Below, piece after piece: positions 9,143 through 18,627 of a stretch of 64,000 nt of DNA; the first letter of the stretch is position 1, and each line of letters starts with the position of its first letter. A model generated the notes under the pieces. It made no database searches and had not been told where the DNA came from. It was given only the letters and a program-made list of their open reading frames with translations. Position numbers and translations under genes: made by a program. The DNA is from an uncultured Rikenellaceae bacterium (GTDB lineage Bacteria > Bacteroidota > Bacteroidia > Bacteroidales > VadinHA17): positions 6,054 through 70,053 of the forward strand of contig CAZXFB010000018.1 in assembly GCA_964639725.1 (NCBI GenBank), in the 5' to 3' direction.

Positions 9143-9158
9143 CTTAAACCAATATCTG
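9139..9158. repeat. Left copy of a 20-nt direct repeat (TTTCCTTAAACCAATATCTG)
   Basis: 19/20 identical, in the same orientation, to 12981..13000. The two copies bracket the ORF-free region, tRNA-Ser, the ATPase and the PP2C gene. Confidence 0.5.
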
Positions 9159-9625
9159 AAATTTATAATTATCATTAAAATAGTATTTCATTGTCCATTG
9201 ATTAAAATTTAAAATCAAGAATTACGAATCTTAACAGGAGCGGTGTTAGCGAACACCTCTCTTTGTTAAATATAAACGAATGATCATAAAATCCCAGCAA
9301 TCTTCTGATATAAGTATATGATTATGTTCACCATTCGCTCCTATTTGACCTCATAAATATTTTGTATGGAAACATAAAACGTACGTTTAAAACACAGATT
9401 ATATACCTATGGATCGGTAAGGCCAACTCCAACAGATAGCACTGCTAAACCCTAGTTCTTTCACAATTTCTGAGAGGTACAAGATCATTCAAGGAGAGGA
9501 TTACCTCCGGTGATCCCGTTGGTGGGAACCTTGCATATCCAAATTACTCCCTTACTCGTTGCACTCGTAATGTCTTTTTATTTTCCATCTTTCCTTGCTC
9601 CGGCAAACCGGGCTCGTCAAGTTGT

Positions 9626-9656
9626 AAAATAAAAATCCCGCAGATTTCTGCGGGAG
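9626..9656 (-). terminator. Rho-independent terminator downstream of tRNA-Ser
   Basis: TCCCGCAG (9636-9643) / TGCGGGA (9649-9655) hairpin. On the minus strand it is followed by TTTTTATTTT. Confidence 0.7.
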
Positions 9657-9668
9657 TAATTTGTATCT

Positions 9669-9756
<88 letters not shown>

Positions 9757-9784
9757 AGTATGATCAGCTCATTTTACAGCGTGA

Positions 9785-9792
9785 CAAAAATA
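9785..9792 (-). promoter_or_regulatory. Bacteroidota-type -7 box (TATTTTTG) upstream of tRNA-Ser
   Basis: Exact match to TAnnTTTG on the minus strand, 29 nt upstream of the tRNA 5' end. A second exact match, TAATTTTG, is at 9812-9819. Confidence 0.4.
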
Positions 9793-9827
9793 GTCAAACA
9801 ACTATAAAGCGCAAAATTATTTTCTTT

Positions 9828-12113
9828 TTATTTCAACCCTTTTATCAGGGTACTGAATAACTTAAAATTCTCCATACTTTCCTCATCCATATCGTTTAAC
9901 GAAATTACACCGGCTTTAACCTCAGACAGGAACTTGCTGAGCATGAAGTTTCGGGGAAGTTCTTTATCTTTCATATAAACAGAATTTGGAACCGTAATCC
10001 CCTCACGGGTTTTCAGAATATGGTTTTTAAAATCAAGGGTTGAGAGCATATCTTCAGCGTTAAGCATCTCTTCCGGCATCATTAACAATAATTCACTCTC
10101 GCTCGATTCAGTCTTGTACATCTTTTGACTCAGAAAATCCGCCATTGCTATCTCCTCATCATTTCTGAATAAAACTACAGCAAATTTTAGTCCCCAACCC
10201 ATCAGAATATTACACATTAATGGAATGGATGAAACTTCTGTAGATGGAATAAGGCTGATTTTGCCCTTGAAACCGGTAAGATTAAGCAATGCTGTAAAAA
10301 GATAAAAAGTTCCTGTATCATTAACAATAAGATTCAATCTGCCCGAAGCAAAACCTTCCGAGGATAGAGGATTACCCATGATACTTTGCAGTGGTGTCAA
10401 CGTATCTGGAGTAGCCGATGAGAGCCTTAACGGATCAAGAATCCTTGTATTGCTTCTGAAACAATCAAGGTCATCTCTCTGGATGGCCAAAACCCTGTGA
10501 AGCTTATTAATATCAACCAGATGAGGTGAATGAGTAGTGTAAATGATCTGTATTCTCTCCTTAATGTCCTCAAATACTTTAAGGACATCTTCCTGGGCTC
10601 TTGCATGCAGACTTACTCCCGGTTCATCAACAAGAAGTACCATAGGTTTGTTATTCTGTGATGCTGATGCTTTCAACTCCATATAAAATGAAATAAACCA
10701 GCGTACACCACGGCTTCTTTGTTTAGGATATAATCTTTCTCCTTCATCTTTTATCCAGAATTCAAGATAAGGCTTCCCTGCTTTTTCTTTATACGTTGAA
10801 TTATAATGTTCTAATTCAAATTGTATCCTTATCTTGTTATTTCTGCCGATTGACTGTTGCCAGAAATCATGAAAATTAAGAGTCAGTGTTTGATTCAGGT
10901 TTTCAATTTTCTGCTTCAGAATACGGCTTGAGGGCTGCTGAAAGAAAGAGTAATCAAGATGAGCTATTGTCAGAAAATTTCTGGCTGCCTTATAACCTTC
11001 CACCTGGTCATTACCTGTAATAATATCTTCCATATCAATACGGTTGGGTAAAAGGCTTCCAAAATCTTCAAACATCTCAAAGACAGGACAATATTCAAAA
11101 TATTTTTTACCAAGAATGTCGCTGTTAAACTGGGATTTGTAAGATTGAATAACATTATTAACCTTCTGCTCTGCCTCAGGCTCTGTACTACCCTCCATTA
11201 TATATCCCGATAAGGCAATATGCCTGTCAAGTTCCGACTTTATCAAATCCCTCTCAATCCGGGTTTTTCTGTAATCATTAAGAACACTTTTCCACTCCTG
11301 ATCATCATCATCATCAACTGGTCGCATCAGGAGAGTCATTTTCTGGTGACGCTCCTCAAGTTTTAATGAAATGTCACCAAAATGATTCTCAAGCGTCGTA
11401 CATTTTTCCAGAAGTGCTTTCCATTTTTCACCAGCCATTTTCATAGATTGCTTCTTCGACAATTCCTTTGTGATTTCTTCCTTTTTGTTTTGAAGTTCAG
11501 TAAGACGGGCTTTTAATTCGTTATAATCAGAATTTTGAGGGACAATAAAAAAAGGTGTCTTCTTTGTAAAGAGATGGAAACCTTTTCTCCTTACCTCTGG
11601 AACCGGTATTTTAGATCTGATCTCTGATTCCCTCTCTTCCAAATCAATAAGACTCAACTCAAGATCATCAATAAGATTCAATTCTCCTTCAAGTTTTATA
11701 GTTACATCCCCGAGATATATTCTCCAAGCATTCTCCAGAGAATCAAGATATTGACTTATTTCCCCACTGACTTTGATTACTGATGAAAGGTCAGCAATCC
11801 AATCGCGGGTTAACTCGATATGAGAGAGACCCGACAACAATTCTTTCAGTTCTGTTCCAGGATTATTTGTAACTTTCAACAACCAACCTTCAGGAATGCT
11901 AAAACGACAGCTCACTTGTGGCAGAGAAAGGTCACTGCGCAATACATCTTCTGAAATAACTCCTGAATAAAATGTTTTTAATCCTTCCAGCACAGATGTT
12001 TTACCTGATTCATTCTGTCCAATAAGACAAGTTATATTATCGGGAGAGAGTGTTTGCCACCCGGTATCTACTATTGAACGGAAATTTCTGATCCTGAATG
12101 CAGAGAGTTTCAT
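9828..12113 (-). CDS. ABC/AAA_15-type (OLD/AriA/GajA-like) ATPase with coiled-coil insertion and uncharacterised C-terminal module
   Basis: FRIRNFRSI plus Walker A GQNESGKT (aa 32-39). Charged helical insertion at about aa 120-330. Signature-like SRGVRWFISF (467-476), Walker B VLLVDEPGVSLH (492-503), H-loop TTHS (526-529). An extra roughly 170 aa follows at the C-terminus. Confidence 0.8.
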   Translation of the reverse strand: MKLSAFRIRNFRSIVDTGWQTLSPDNITCLIGQNESGKTSVLEGLKTFYSGVISEDVLRSDLSLPQVSCRFSIPEGWLLKVTNNPGTELKELLSGLSHIELTRDWIADLSSVIKVSGEISQYLDSLENAWRIYLGDVTIKLEGELNLIDDLELSLIDLEERESEIRSKIPVPEVRRKGFHLFTKKTPFFIVPQNSDYNELKARLTELQNKKEEITKELSKKQSMKMAGEKWKALLEKCTTLENHFGDISLKLEERHQKMTLLMRPVDDDDDQEWKSVLNDYRKTRIERDLIKSELDRHIALSGYIMEGSTEPEAEQKVNNVIQSYKSQFNSDILGKKYFEYCPVFEMFEDFGSLLPNRIDMEDIITGNDQVEGYKAARNFLTIAHLDYSFFQQPSSRILKQKIENLNQTLTLNFHDFWQQSIGRNNKIRIQFELEHYNSTYKEKAGKPYLEFWIKDEGERLYPKQRSRGVRWFISFYMELKASASQNNKPMVLLVDEPGVSLHARAQEDVLKVFEDIKERIQIIYTTHSPHLVDINKLHRVLAIQRDDLDCFRSNTRILDPLRLSSATPDTLTPLQSIMGNPLSSEGFASGRLNLIVNDTGTFYLFTALLNLTGFKGKISLIPSTEVSSIPLMCNILMGWGLKFAVVLFRNDEEIAMADFLSQKMYKTESSESELLLMMPEEMLNAEDMLSTLDFKNHILKTREGITVPNSVYMKDKELPRNFMLSKFLSEVKAGVISLNDMDEESMENFKLFSTLIKGLK

Positions 12114-12125
12114 TTAATTCAATCT

Positions 12126-12941
12126 TTAAAATTTAAAACCAAATATCAGGACGTCATCTACCTGAGGAACAGAACCTTTCCATTCCATAAAAGCTTTTTC
12201 AAGTTGTTCCTTCTGATCAACCATTGGTAGACCGGAAAAAGATTCCAGTAACTTTTTAAAGTTCTTGTGTTTAATCTTCTTATCTGACAATTCTCCGAAC
12301 TGATCTGAGAATCCATCAGAGAACATATAAAAAATATCTCCTGGCAGGGTATCTATTTCTTTGTTTGAGAATGCATTTTCCTTTAATGGCGCCAGTCCGA
12401 TTGTCATAAGGTCTGGTTTATATTCAGTCAGTTCACCGTTCCGGATCCTTATTAATGGCCTGTTGGCTCCTGCAAATTGAATTGAGCCGGTTTTAATATC
12501 AATAACACATAAACTTATGTCGATAGTATCTTTTGTTACTGATTTTTCACCAGTCTGATGCAGTGCTTTCATCACCTTTTCTCTCATTATGTTTAAAATC
12601 CTGTTTGCTTTCAGGTTTACCCGCGATTGCAGAATTTCATTCAGAAAACTGATACCAAGAATGCTCATGAGAGCACCTGGAACGCCATGTCCGGTACAAT
12701 CACCAGTAGCAATAAAGACATAATCACGGTTGGAAAAGGCATAATAGAAATCACCGCTTACTATATCGCGTGGCATGAAAAGAATAAAATAGTCTTTAAG
12801 CAATGATCCAAGATAATCAGGGTCAGGCATAAGTGCTTTCTGGATCATTCCTGCATAACGAAGGCTTGCATAATGATCATCCATTATCTGATAACTTGCC
12901 AGAGTAACAGTATCATTGTCAAATTTAAGCTTCGGATTCAT
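12126..12941 (-). CDS. Stand-alone PP2C/SpoIIE-family protein phosphatase
   Basis: IQKALMP, VSGDFYY, TGDCTGHGVPGALM, FAGANRPL, FSDGFSDQ and PQVDDVLIFGFKF motifs. No N-terminal sensor domain. The stop lies 12 nt before the ATPase start. Confidence 0.85.
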   Translation of the reverse strand: MNPKLKFDNDTVTLASYQIMDDHYASLRYAGMIQKALMPDPDYLGSLLKDYFILFMPRDIVSGDFYYAFSNRDYVFIATGDCTGHGVPGALMSILGISFLNEILQSRVNLKANRILNIMREKVMKALHQTGEKSVTKDTIDISLCVIDIKTGSIQFAGANRPLIRIRNGELTEYKPDLMTIGLAPLKENAFSNKEIDTLPGDIFYMFSDGFSDQFGELSDKKIKHKNFKKLLESFSGLPMVDQKEQLEKAFMEWKGSVPQVDDVLIFGFKF

Positions 12942-12980
12942 CTAATTGATATTTCTAACAAAATGCTAAATATACATTTA

Positions 12981-13000
12981 TTTCCTTAATCCAATATCTG
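12981..13000. repeat. Right copy of the 20-nt direct repeat (TTTCCTTAATCCAATATCTG)
   Basis: 19/20 identical to 9139..9158. Lies 40-59 nt upstream of the PP2C start codon. Confidence 0.5.
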
Positions 13001-13078
13001 TAGTTATTTGCTGATCAGAGTTGAAGGTGTAGGAAGTGATTTCAGAGTGTTACCAAGGATCATGGCCTAATCAATTAT

Positions 13079-14467
13079 TTACCTTTTTATAAGAAGAACA
13101 ACATTTTCAACATGATGTGTATGCGGAAACATATCGACAGATTGCATCCGTATCACCTGGTACTTTTCTGAAAGCATAAAGATATCTCTTGCCTGTGTTG
13201 CCGGGTTACAACTTATGTAAACAACCTTTTCAGGAGATGCTGATATTATAGATTTCACAACATCTTCGTGCATCCCGGCTCTGGGAGGATCGGTAATAAC
13301 AACATCCGGTTTACCATTTTCCCGGATAAACTGCTCATTAAGAATATCTTTAATGTCGCCTGCAAAAAATGAAGTATTTTTAATATTATTGATCCTTGAG
13401 TTGATAACTGCATCTTTTATTGCGTCATCGACATATTCAATACCTATCACTTTCCCGGCATTTCGTGCAACATAGTTTGCGATTGTACCAGTACCGGTAT
13501 AAAGATCGTAAACAGTCTCTTTGCCGGTTAAACCGGCAAAGTTTTTTGCAATATGATACAATTTCAGAGCTTGTTTAGTGTTTGTCTGATAGAAAGATTT
13601 AGGTCCTATTCTGAATCTCAAGTCCTCCATCTCCTCAAAAATATGATCTTCCCCCCTGTACAAGATAGGATCCTGGTCTGCCAATGAGTCATTTCTTTTT
13701 GAATTGATAATATAAAAAAGTGAAGTTATCTGTGGAAATTCAGCTGATAAATGATCCAGAAGACCATTCCTTCTCTCCTCCTCATCATGAAAGAATACAA
13801 CAATTACCATAACGTTGCCACCAAGAGTATTCCGGATAACAAGATTTCTAAGAAATCCTGTCTGTTCCCTCAGGTTAAAAAATTTAAGACCTTTTCTCTG
13901 GGCATATCTTTTTACACTATTCCTGATTGAATTCGATGGTTCTGGTTGAAGATGACACTCCTTAATATCCAAAACCTTATCAAATAAACCAGGTATATGA
14001 AATCCCAGGGCTTCCTCTTTCTCATAATCATTGTCAGATCTGATTTCCTCAGTTGTCAGCCAGCGTCTGTCAGAGAATGTGTATTCCAGCTTGTTCCTGT
14101 AATGAAACTCTTCTGAAGATCCTATTATAGGATCGATAACAGGCAATTCTACCTTTCCGATTCTCTTCATTGCATCAATAACCTGTTTCTCCTTATGCTG
14201 AAGTTGCAGCCTGTAAGGAAGGTGCTGCCACTTACAGCCTCCGCATGTTCCAAAATGAGAACATCTGGGGGCTATCCTGTCAGCGGAGTATTCATGATAC
14301 TTGACTACTTTTCCTTCAAGGTATTTCTTTCTCTTTCTTATAACCCTCAGATCAACTATATCCCCTGGAATAAGCATTGGTACAAAAACAACAAGATTTT
14401 CAACTCTGGCCAGGGCATTTCCTTCTGCTCCAATATCTGTAATTATTACTCTCTCGAGCAGCGGCAT
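13079..14467 (-). CDS. rlmD: 23S rRNA (uracil-5-)-methyltransferase RlmD/RumA
   Basis: TRAM-like N-terminus, Fe-S cysteines CSHFGTCGGCKWQH, SAM motif VYDLYTGTGTI, catalytic YISCNP. ATG at 14467 preferred over GTG at 14485. Confidence 0.88.
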   Translation of the reverse strand: MPLLERVIITDIGAEGNALARVENLVVFVPMLIPGDIVDLRVIRKRKKYLEGKVVKYHEYSADRIAPRCSHFGTCGGCKWQHLPYRLQLQHKEKQVIDAMKRIGKVELPVIDPIIGSSEEFHYRNKLEYTFSDRRWLTTEEIRSDNDYEKEEALGFHIPGLFDKVLDIKECHLQPEPSNSIRNSVKRYAQRKGLKFFNLREQTGFLRNLVIRNTLGGNVMVIVVFFHDEEERRNGLLDHLSAEFPQITSLFYIINSKRNDSLADQDPILYRGEDHIFEEMEDLRFRIGPKSFYQTNTKQALKLYHIAKNFAGLTGKETVYDLYTGTGTIANYVARNAGKVIGIEYVDDAIKDAVINSRINNIKNTSFFAGDIKDILNEQFIRENGKPDVVITDPPRAGMHEDVVKSIISASPEKVVYISCNPATQARDIFMLSEKYQVIRMQSVDMFPHTHHVENVVLLIKR

Positions 14468-14538
14468 CTCTTTTTTTCTTCCCACTTCCTTTTCTTTCTG
14501 AAATTATTTATACGATAAACTGAAAAAACAAACCCTTG

Positions 14539-15768
14539 TCATTGTTTTAGATTTATTAGAAACAATAATCCTTTTACCATACAAGGAACAACACCATCCC
14601 CGTGATCCAGGCCGGGAATAATCTCTTTCTTACAAACCGGGGTCGTCGTTCCGGCACTTATCATAGCATTGTATATATTCTCAGTTGCTAGCGGACTTAC
14701 CTGTGTATCACCACCTCCATGTAAAAATAGTACAGGTTTTTTGGTATTCCATCCTGAAATAGTGTTTCTGTTCAAGGCATCACGAACTGTTGAATATTTC
14801 GCATCATTTCCAAATCCTGAAAGAAATTCTTCTTTGACCAGACCAGCTATTGATGTTGTAAGCTGGCTGTTGATCTGATCGAATGTGAGAGTTCCTTTAT
14901 ATAACGTGCTAACTCTTGCTGCATATGGGTCTTTAAAAATATCAGTCACAGGGTTGGTAAATTGTTTGTAAGAAGAATAGGCATTCAGAATGTACCCCAG
15001 ATAGACAGGCATTGGATAGGTAACTGAAGTTGTAATCCCCTGAAATAGACTATAAATATTGTATGGACCTGCTCCACAAGCTGATCCCGCAAGATTAAAC
15101 TCAGTCGCATAATCAAGCTCAAGTGCTTTGTGTAAAGCAAGTGTTGCCCAACCTCCCTGTGAATATCCGAGAAGGTAATACTCGTTCTTCAGAACAATTC
15201 CATTCAATTCTGCTCCGGAAATCTCTCTTACTGCAAAAAGCATATCAACAAGAGAACGAACAGTAGGTTCCGTTACCAGATATGGGTGGGCAATTTGTAC
15301 TGATTCACCAAATCCCGGATAATCGGCAATTAAAACAACGTAACCCATTGAGGCGATAGCTTCTACCATCTGATATGACGGATTTAGTACATAATTGCTC
15401 GGGGCTAATGTATTCTGTGTATTGGTCCCATTCTGGAATGAAAGAACCGGATATTCTCCGGATTTCGCCGGAACACAAACCAGACCTGAAGCCTTGACTT
15501 TTTCACCATCAACAATTGTATTATAAATAATTCTATAAATAATGATATCATTTACAATATATTGATTTAGTTCACCAACCAAAGGATAATATGCAGAAGC
15601 ATCACTTATAAATTTCTTTATATAAGTTGTTGTAAGGCTTAACGCTTCATCTTTTGAAACAAAATAAGAATAGGATATTCTATCTTCCTCCTTTTTACAA
15701 GACGAAATCAAGGAAAGAAGAGAAATTATCAGAACCAAATATCTGATTATAAGCCTGTTATTAAGCAT
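14539..15768 (-). CDS. Alpha/beta hydrolase (lipase-like) lipoprotein
   Basis: Lipobox LISSC, nucleophile elbow GYSQGG, C-terminal GLDHGD. Confidence 0.7.
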   Translation of the reverse strand: MLNNRLIIRYLVLIISLLSLISSCKKEEDRISYSYFVSKDEALSLTTTYIKKFISDASAYYPLVGELNQYIVNDIIIYRIIYNTIVDGEKVKASGLVCVPAKSGEYPVLSFQNGTNTQNTLAPSNYVLNPSYQMVEAIASMGYVVLIADYPGFGESVQIAHPYLVTEPTVRSLVDMLFAVREISGAELNGIVLKNEYYLLGYSQGGWATLALHKALELDYATEFNLAGSACGAGPYNIYSLFQGITTSVTYPMPVYLGYILNAYSSYKQFTNPVTDIFKDPYAARVSTLYKGTLTFDQINSQLTTSIAGLVKEEFLSGFGNDAKYSTVRDALNRNTISGWNTKKPVLFLHGGGDTQVSPLATENIYNAMISAGTTTPVCKKEIIPGLDHGDGVVPCMVKGLLFLINLKQ

Positions 15769-15876
15769 ATCGAAGTATTATTTCCTAAAATTAACTGCAC
15801 TGACAGAACAAAAACTATTTACAAATATAATTCTTTCTTCAAACAACCTTCTTTTCGCCAGCTTCCTTACTTTTTC

Positions 15877-15884
15877 TATATTTG
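15877..15884 (+). promoter_or_regulatory. Bacteroidota-type -7 box (TATATTTG)
   Basis: Exact TAnnTTTG match ending 19 nt upstream of the ABC-F start codon. Confidence 0.45.
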
Positions 15885-15902
15885 CACTCGATTTGATCAT
15901 AA

Positions 15903-17849
15903 ATGGTTTCAATACAAAATATATCTGTGTCATTTGGCAGCTTCGATCTGCTTGACAATATCTCTTTCCTGATAAATGAACAGGATCGCATTGGCCTTGC
16001 GGGCAAGAATGGGGCTGGTAAATCTACTCTTCTGAAAGTGATTGCCGGACTGCAGAATCCCTCTGCGGGGAAGGTTGATATGTCAAAAGATGTTACAATC
16101 GGATACCTCCCTCAGCAGATGAAGGTTGATGACACCACAACTGTAATGAATGAAGTGATAACAGCTTTCTCTGAACTAATATCACTTTCTGAAGAGATTG
16201 AACATTGCAATGATGAAATTGCCAGACGGGAAGATTATGAATCAGATGATTATCTTAAACTTTGCGACTATCTGACTATTGCTGAGGAGAGATACAGGCT
16301 GCTTGGGGGATCCAATTATATGGCTGAGGCTGAACAAACTCTGATTGGTCTCGGATTTGAACGTAAAGACTTTGACAGACCCACCAAGGAGCTAAGTGGA
16401 GGATGGAGGATGAGAGTTGAACTTGCCAAAATTCTTCTTAAAAGACCATCTTTATTCCTACTTGACGAGCCAACAAATCACCTTGATATTGAGTCAATCC
16501 AATGGCTTGAGTCATTCCTGGCAGGATATTCCGGTTCGGTCTTACTTGTTTCACACGACAGAGCATTTCTCGACAATATAACAACCAGGACAATAGAGAT
16601 TTCTCTAGGCAAAATTTATGATTACAAAGCTTCATGGTCGAAATATATTGAGCTGAGGGCTGAACGCAGAGCACAACAGATAGCCTCATTCAGGAATCAG
16701 CAAAAAATGATAGAAGATACCGAGAAGTTCATTGAGAGATTCCGGTACAAAGCCACAAAAGCTGTACAGGTACAGTCGAAGATAAAACAACTTGATAAAG
16801 TTGAACGACTTGAAGTGGATGATGAGGATAACAGATCAATTAATTTACGGTTTCCCCTTGCACCACGCGCCGGGACAGTAGTGCTCGAGGCTCAGAACCT
16901 TACAAAAAAATATGGCTCCCTGGTTGTTCTAAATAGAATTGAAATTAAAATATCCAGAGGTGAAAAGGTCGCTTTTGTTGGCCGTAACGGGGAGGGAAAA
17001 ACAACATTCTCGAAAATCATAACCGGAGAACTTGATTTTGAAGGTACTCTGAAGATGGGGCATAATGTAAAAATCGGATATTTCGCCCAGAATCAGGATG
17101 AACTTCTTGATGAGAGCAGGACAGTACTTCAGACAATTGATGATATTGCCAAGGGTGATATAAGAACAAAGATAAGAGACATGCTTGGAGCATTTCTTTT
17201 CAGAGGTGATGATGTAGAAAAAAAAGTTAAAGTGTTATCGGGAGGCGAACGCTCACGCCTTGCACTGGTAAAGCTTCTGCTTGAACCTTATAATCTTCTG
17301 GTACTCGATGAGCCTACAAATCATCTCGATATGCGCTCAAAAGATATACTCAAACAGGCACTGATCAGGTATGATGGCACATTAATTGTTGTATCACATG
17401 ACAGGGATTTTCTTGATGGGATAGTTGAGAAAGTATTTGAGTTCAGGCAAAACAGGATCAAAGAAAATATAGGAGGAATTTATGATTTCCTCCGGAAAAA
17501 AAAGATCGAAAACCTCAAAGATATTGAAAGAAAGGATAAAGCAAAAGTTGAAATCCGCAGAGAAGAGGGCTCATCAAATAAGCAAAGATATCTTGAGAGA
17601 AAGGAATATGAAAAAACCCTGAGAAAACTCAGAAAAAGACTCGAAGAAACTGAAATTATAATTGAAAAGATTGAAGCAGAAATATCGATGATTGACAGGG
17701 CATTGATTAACCCGGGGAGTTCAGCTACCGAAGATATTGAACTCTATGCAAAATACCAGGATCTTAAAACGAAGTTAAACAGTGAAATGAACAATTGGGC
17801 TGAATATTCTCGTGAGGTTGAAGAGTTTTTACTTAATAATAAGGAATGA
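15903..17849 (+). CDS. ABC-F family ATPase (two ABC cassettes, C-terminal coiled coil)
   Basis: Two Walker A motifs (GKNGAGKST, GRNGEGKTT), two signatures (LSGGWRMR, LSGGERSR) and two Walker B motifs (LLLDEPTNHLD, LVLDEPTNHLD). No TM domain. Confidence 0.9.
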   Translation: MVSIQNISVSFGSFDLLDNISFLINEQDRIGLAGKNGAGKSTLLKVIAGLQNPSAGKVDMSKDVTIGYLPQQMKVDDTTTVMNEVITAFSELISLSEEIEHCNDEIARREDYESDDYLKLCDYLTIAEERYRLLGGSNYMAEAEQTLIGLGFERKDFDRPTKELSGGWRMRVELAKILLKRPSLFLLDEPTNHLDIESIQWLESFLAGYSGSVLLVSHDRAFLDNITTRTIEISLGKIYDYKASWSKYIELRAERRAQQIASFRNQQKMIEDTEKFIERFRYKATKAVQVQSKIKQLDKVERLEVDDEDNRSINLRFPLAPRAGTVVLEAQNLTKKYGSLVVLNRIEIKISRGEKVAFVGRNGEGKTTFSKIITGELDFEGTLKMGHNVKIGYFAQNQDELLDESRTVLQTIDDIAKGDIRTKIRDMLGAFLFRGDDVEKKVKVLSGGERSRLALVKLLLEPYNLLVLDEPTNHLDMRSKDILKQALIRYDGTLIVVSHDRDFLDGIVEKVFEFRQNRIKENIGGIYDFLRKKKIENLKDIERKDKAKVEIRREEGSSNKQRYLERKEYEKTLRKLRKRLEETEIIIEKIEAEISMIDRALINPGSSATEDIELYAKYQDLKTKLNSEMNNWAEYSREVEEFLLNNKE

Positions 17850-18619
17850 TGGAATTACAGTATTTTGAAAAAGATTACAAAATACATGTCTATGAAACAG
17901 GACCTGATGGAAAACTCAACCTCTTCTCTTTCTTTAATTTCCTTCAGGATATGGCTTCGGAACATGCTGTCAGACTTGGTTTTGGAAGGGATGATCTGAT
18001 GAAAGAAAACCATTTCTGGGTTCTTTCCAGGATATATGCTGTGATTGAAGAATGGCCTGAATGGGAAGATAGTATTATTGTAAGGACATGGCATAAGGGA
18101 ACAGATATGTTATTCGGGATGAGAGACTTTGATGTATCTTTTCCCGATGGAAGGCACATTGCTTCAGCTACATCTTCATGGCTTATTGTTGATCGCAACA
18201 CAAAGAAGATTCAAAGACCTGATAAAATTCTTTCAAAACTCACGGGAAACCCTCCCGCTGATGCTCTGCCGCGTAATGCGGCCAAACTAACACAAGCATC
18301 GGAAGATGGTATTTATCATCCGGTTTTCAGTGTTAAAGTAAGTGACCTTGATGTAAATCTTCACACCAACAATGTCAGGTATATAAAATGGATAACTGAT
18401 ACTTATGATCTCAATTTCTCAATGAGCCATGTTCCTGATTCAGCTGAAATAAACTATCTTGCTGAATCAGTTTATGATGATGAGATTACAATAAGAACAT
18501 CAAACGGAAGAGGTGACAATAGTTTTTATGATCATTCTATCTTCAGGAAAAATGACAATAAGGAACTTTGCAGGATAAGATTATTATGGAAAGATAGTAC
18601 CAATGCAAAAGTTAACTAA
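17846..18619 (+). CDS. Acyl-ACP thioesterase
   Basis: Double hot-dog pattern (HVYETGPDGKLNLFSFFNFLQDMASEH, HFWVLSRIY, TWH; second half DLDVNLHTNNVRYIKW). ATGA overlap with the ABC-F stop. Confidence 0.8.
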   Translation: MMELQYFEKDYKIHVYETGPDGKLNLFSFFNFLQDMASEHAVRLGFGRDDLMKENHFWVLSRIYAVIEEWPEWEDSIIVRTWHKGTDMLFGMRDFDVSFPDGRHIASATSSWLIVDRNTKKIQRPDKILSKLTGNPPADALPRNAAKLTQASEDGIYHPVFSVKVSDLDVNLHTNNVRYIKWITDTYDLNFSMSHVPDSAEINYLAESVYDDEITIRTSNGRGDNSFYDHSIFRKNDNKELCRIRLLWKDSTNAKVN

Positions 18620-18627
18620 TTTTGAAT

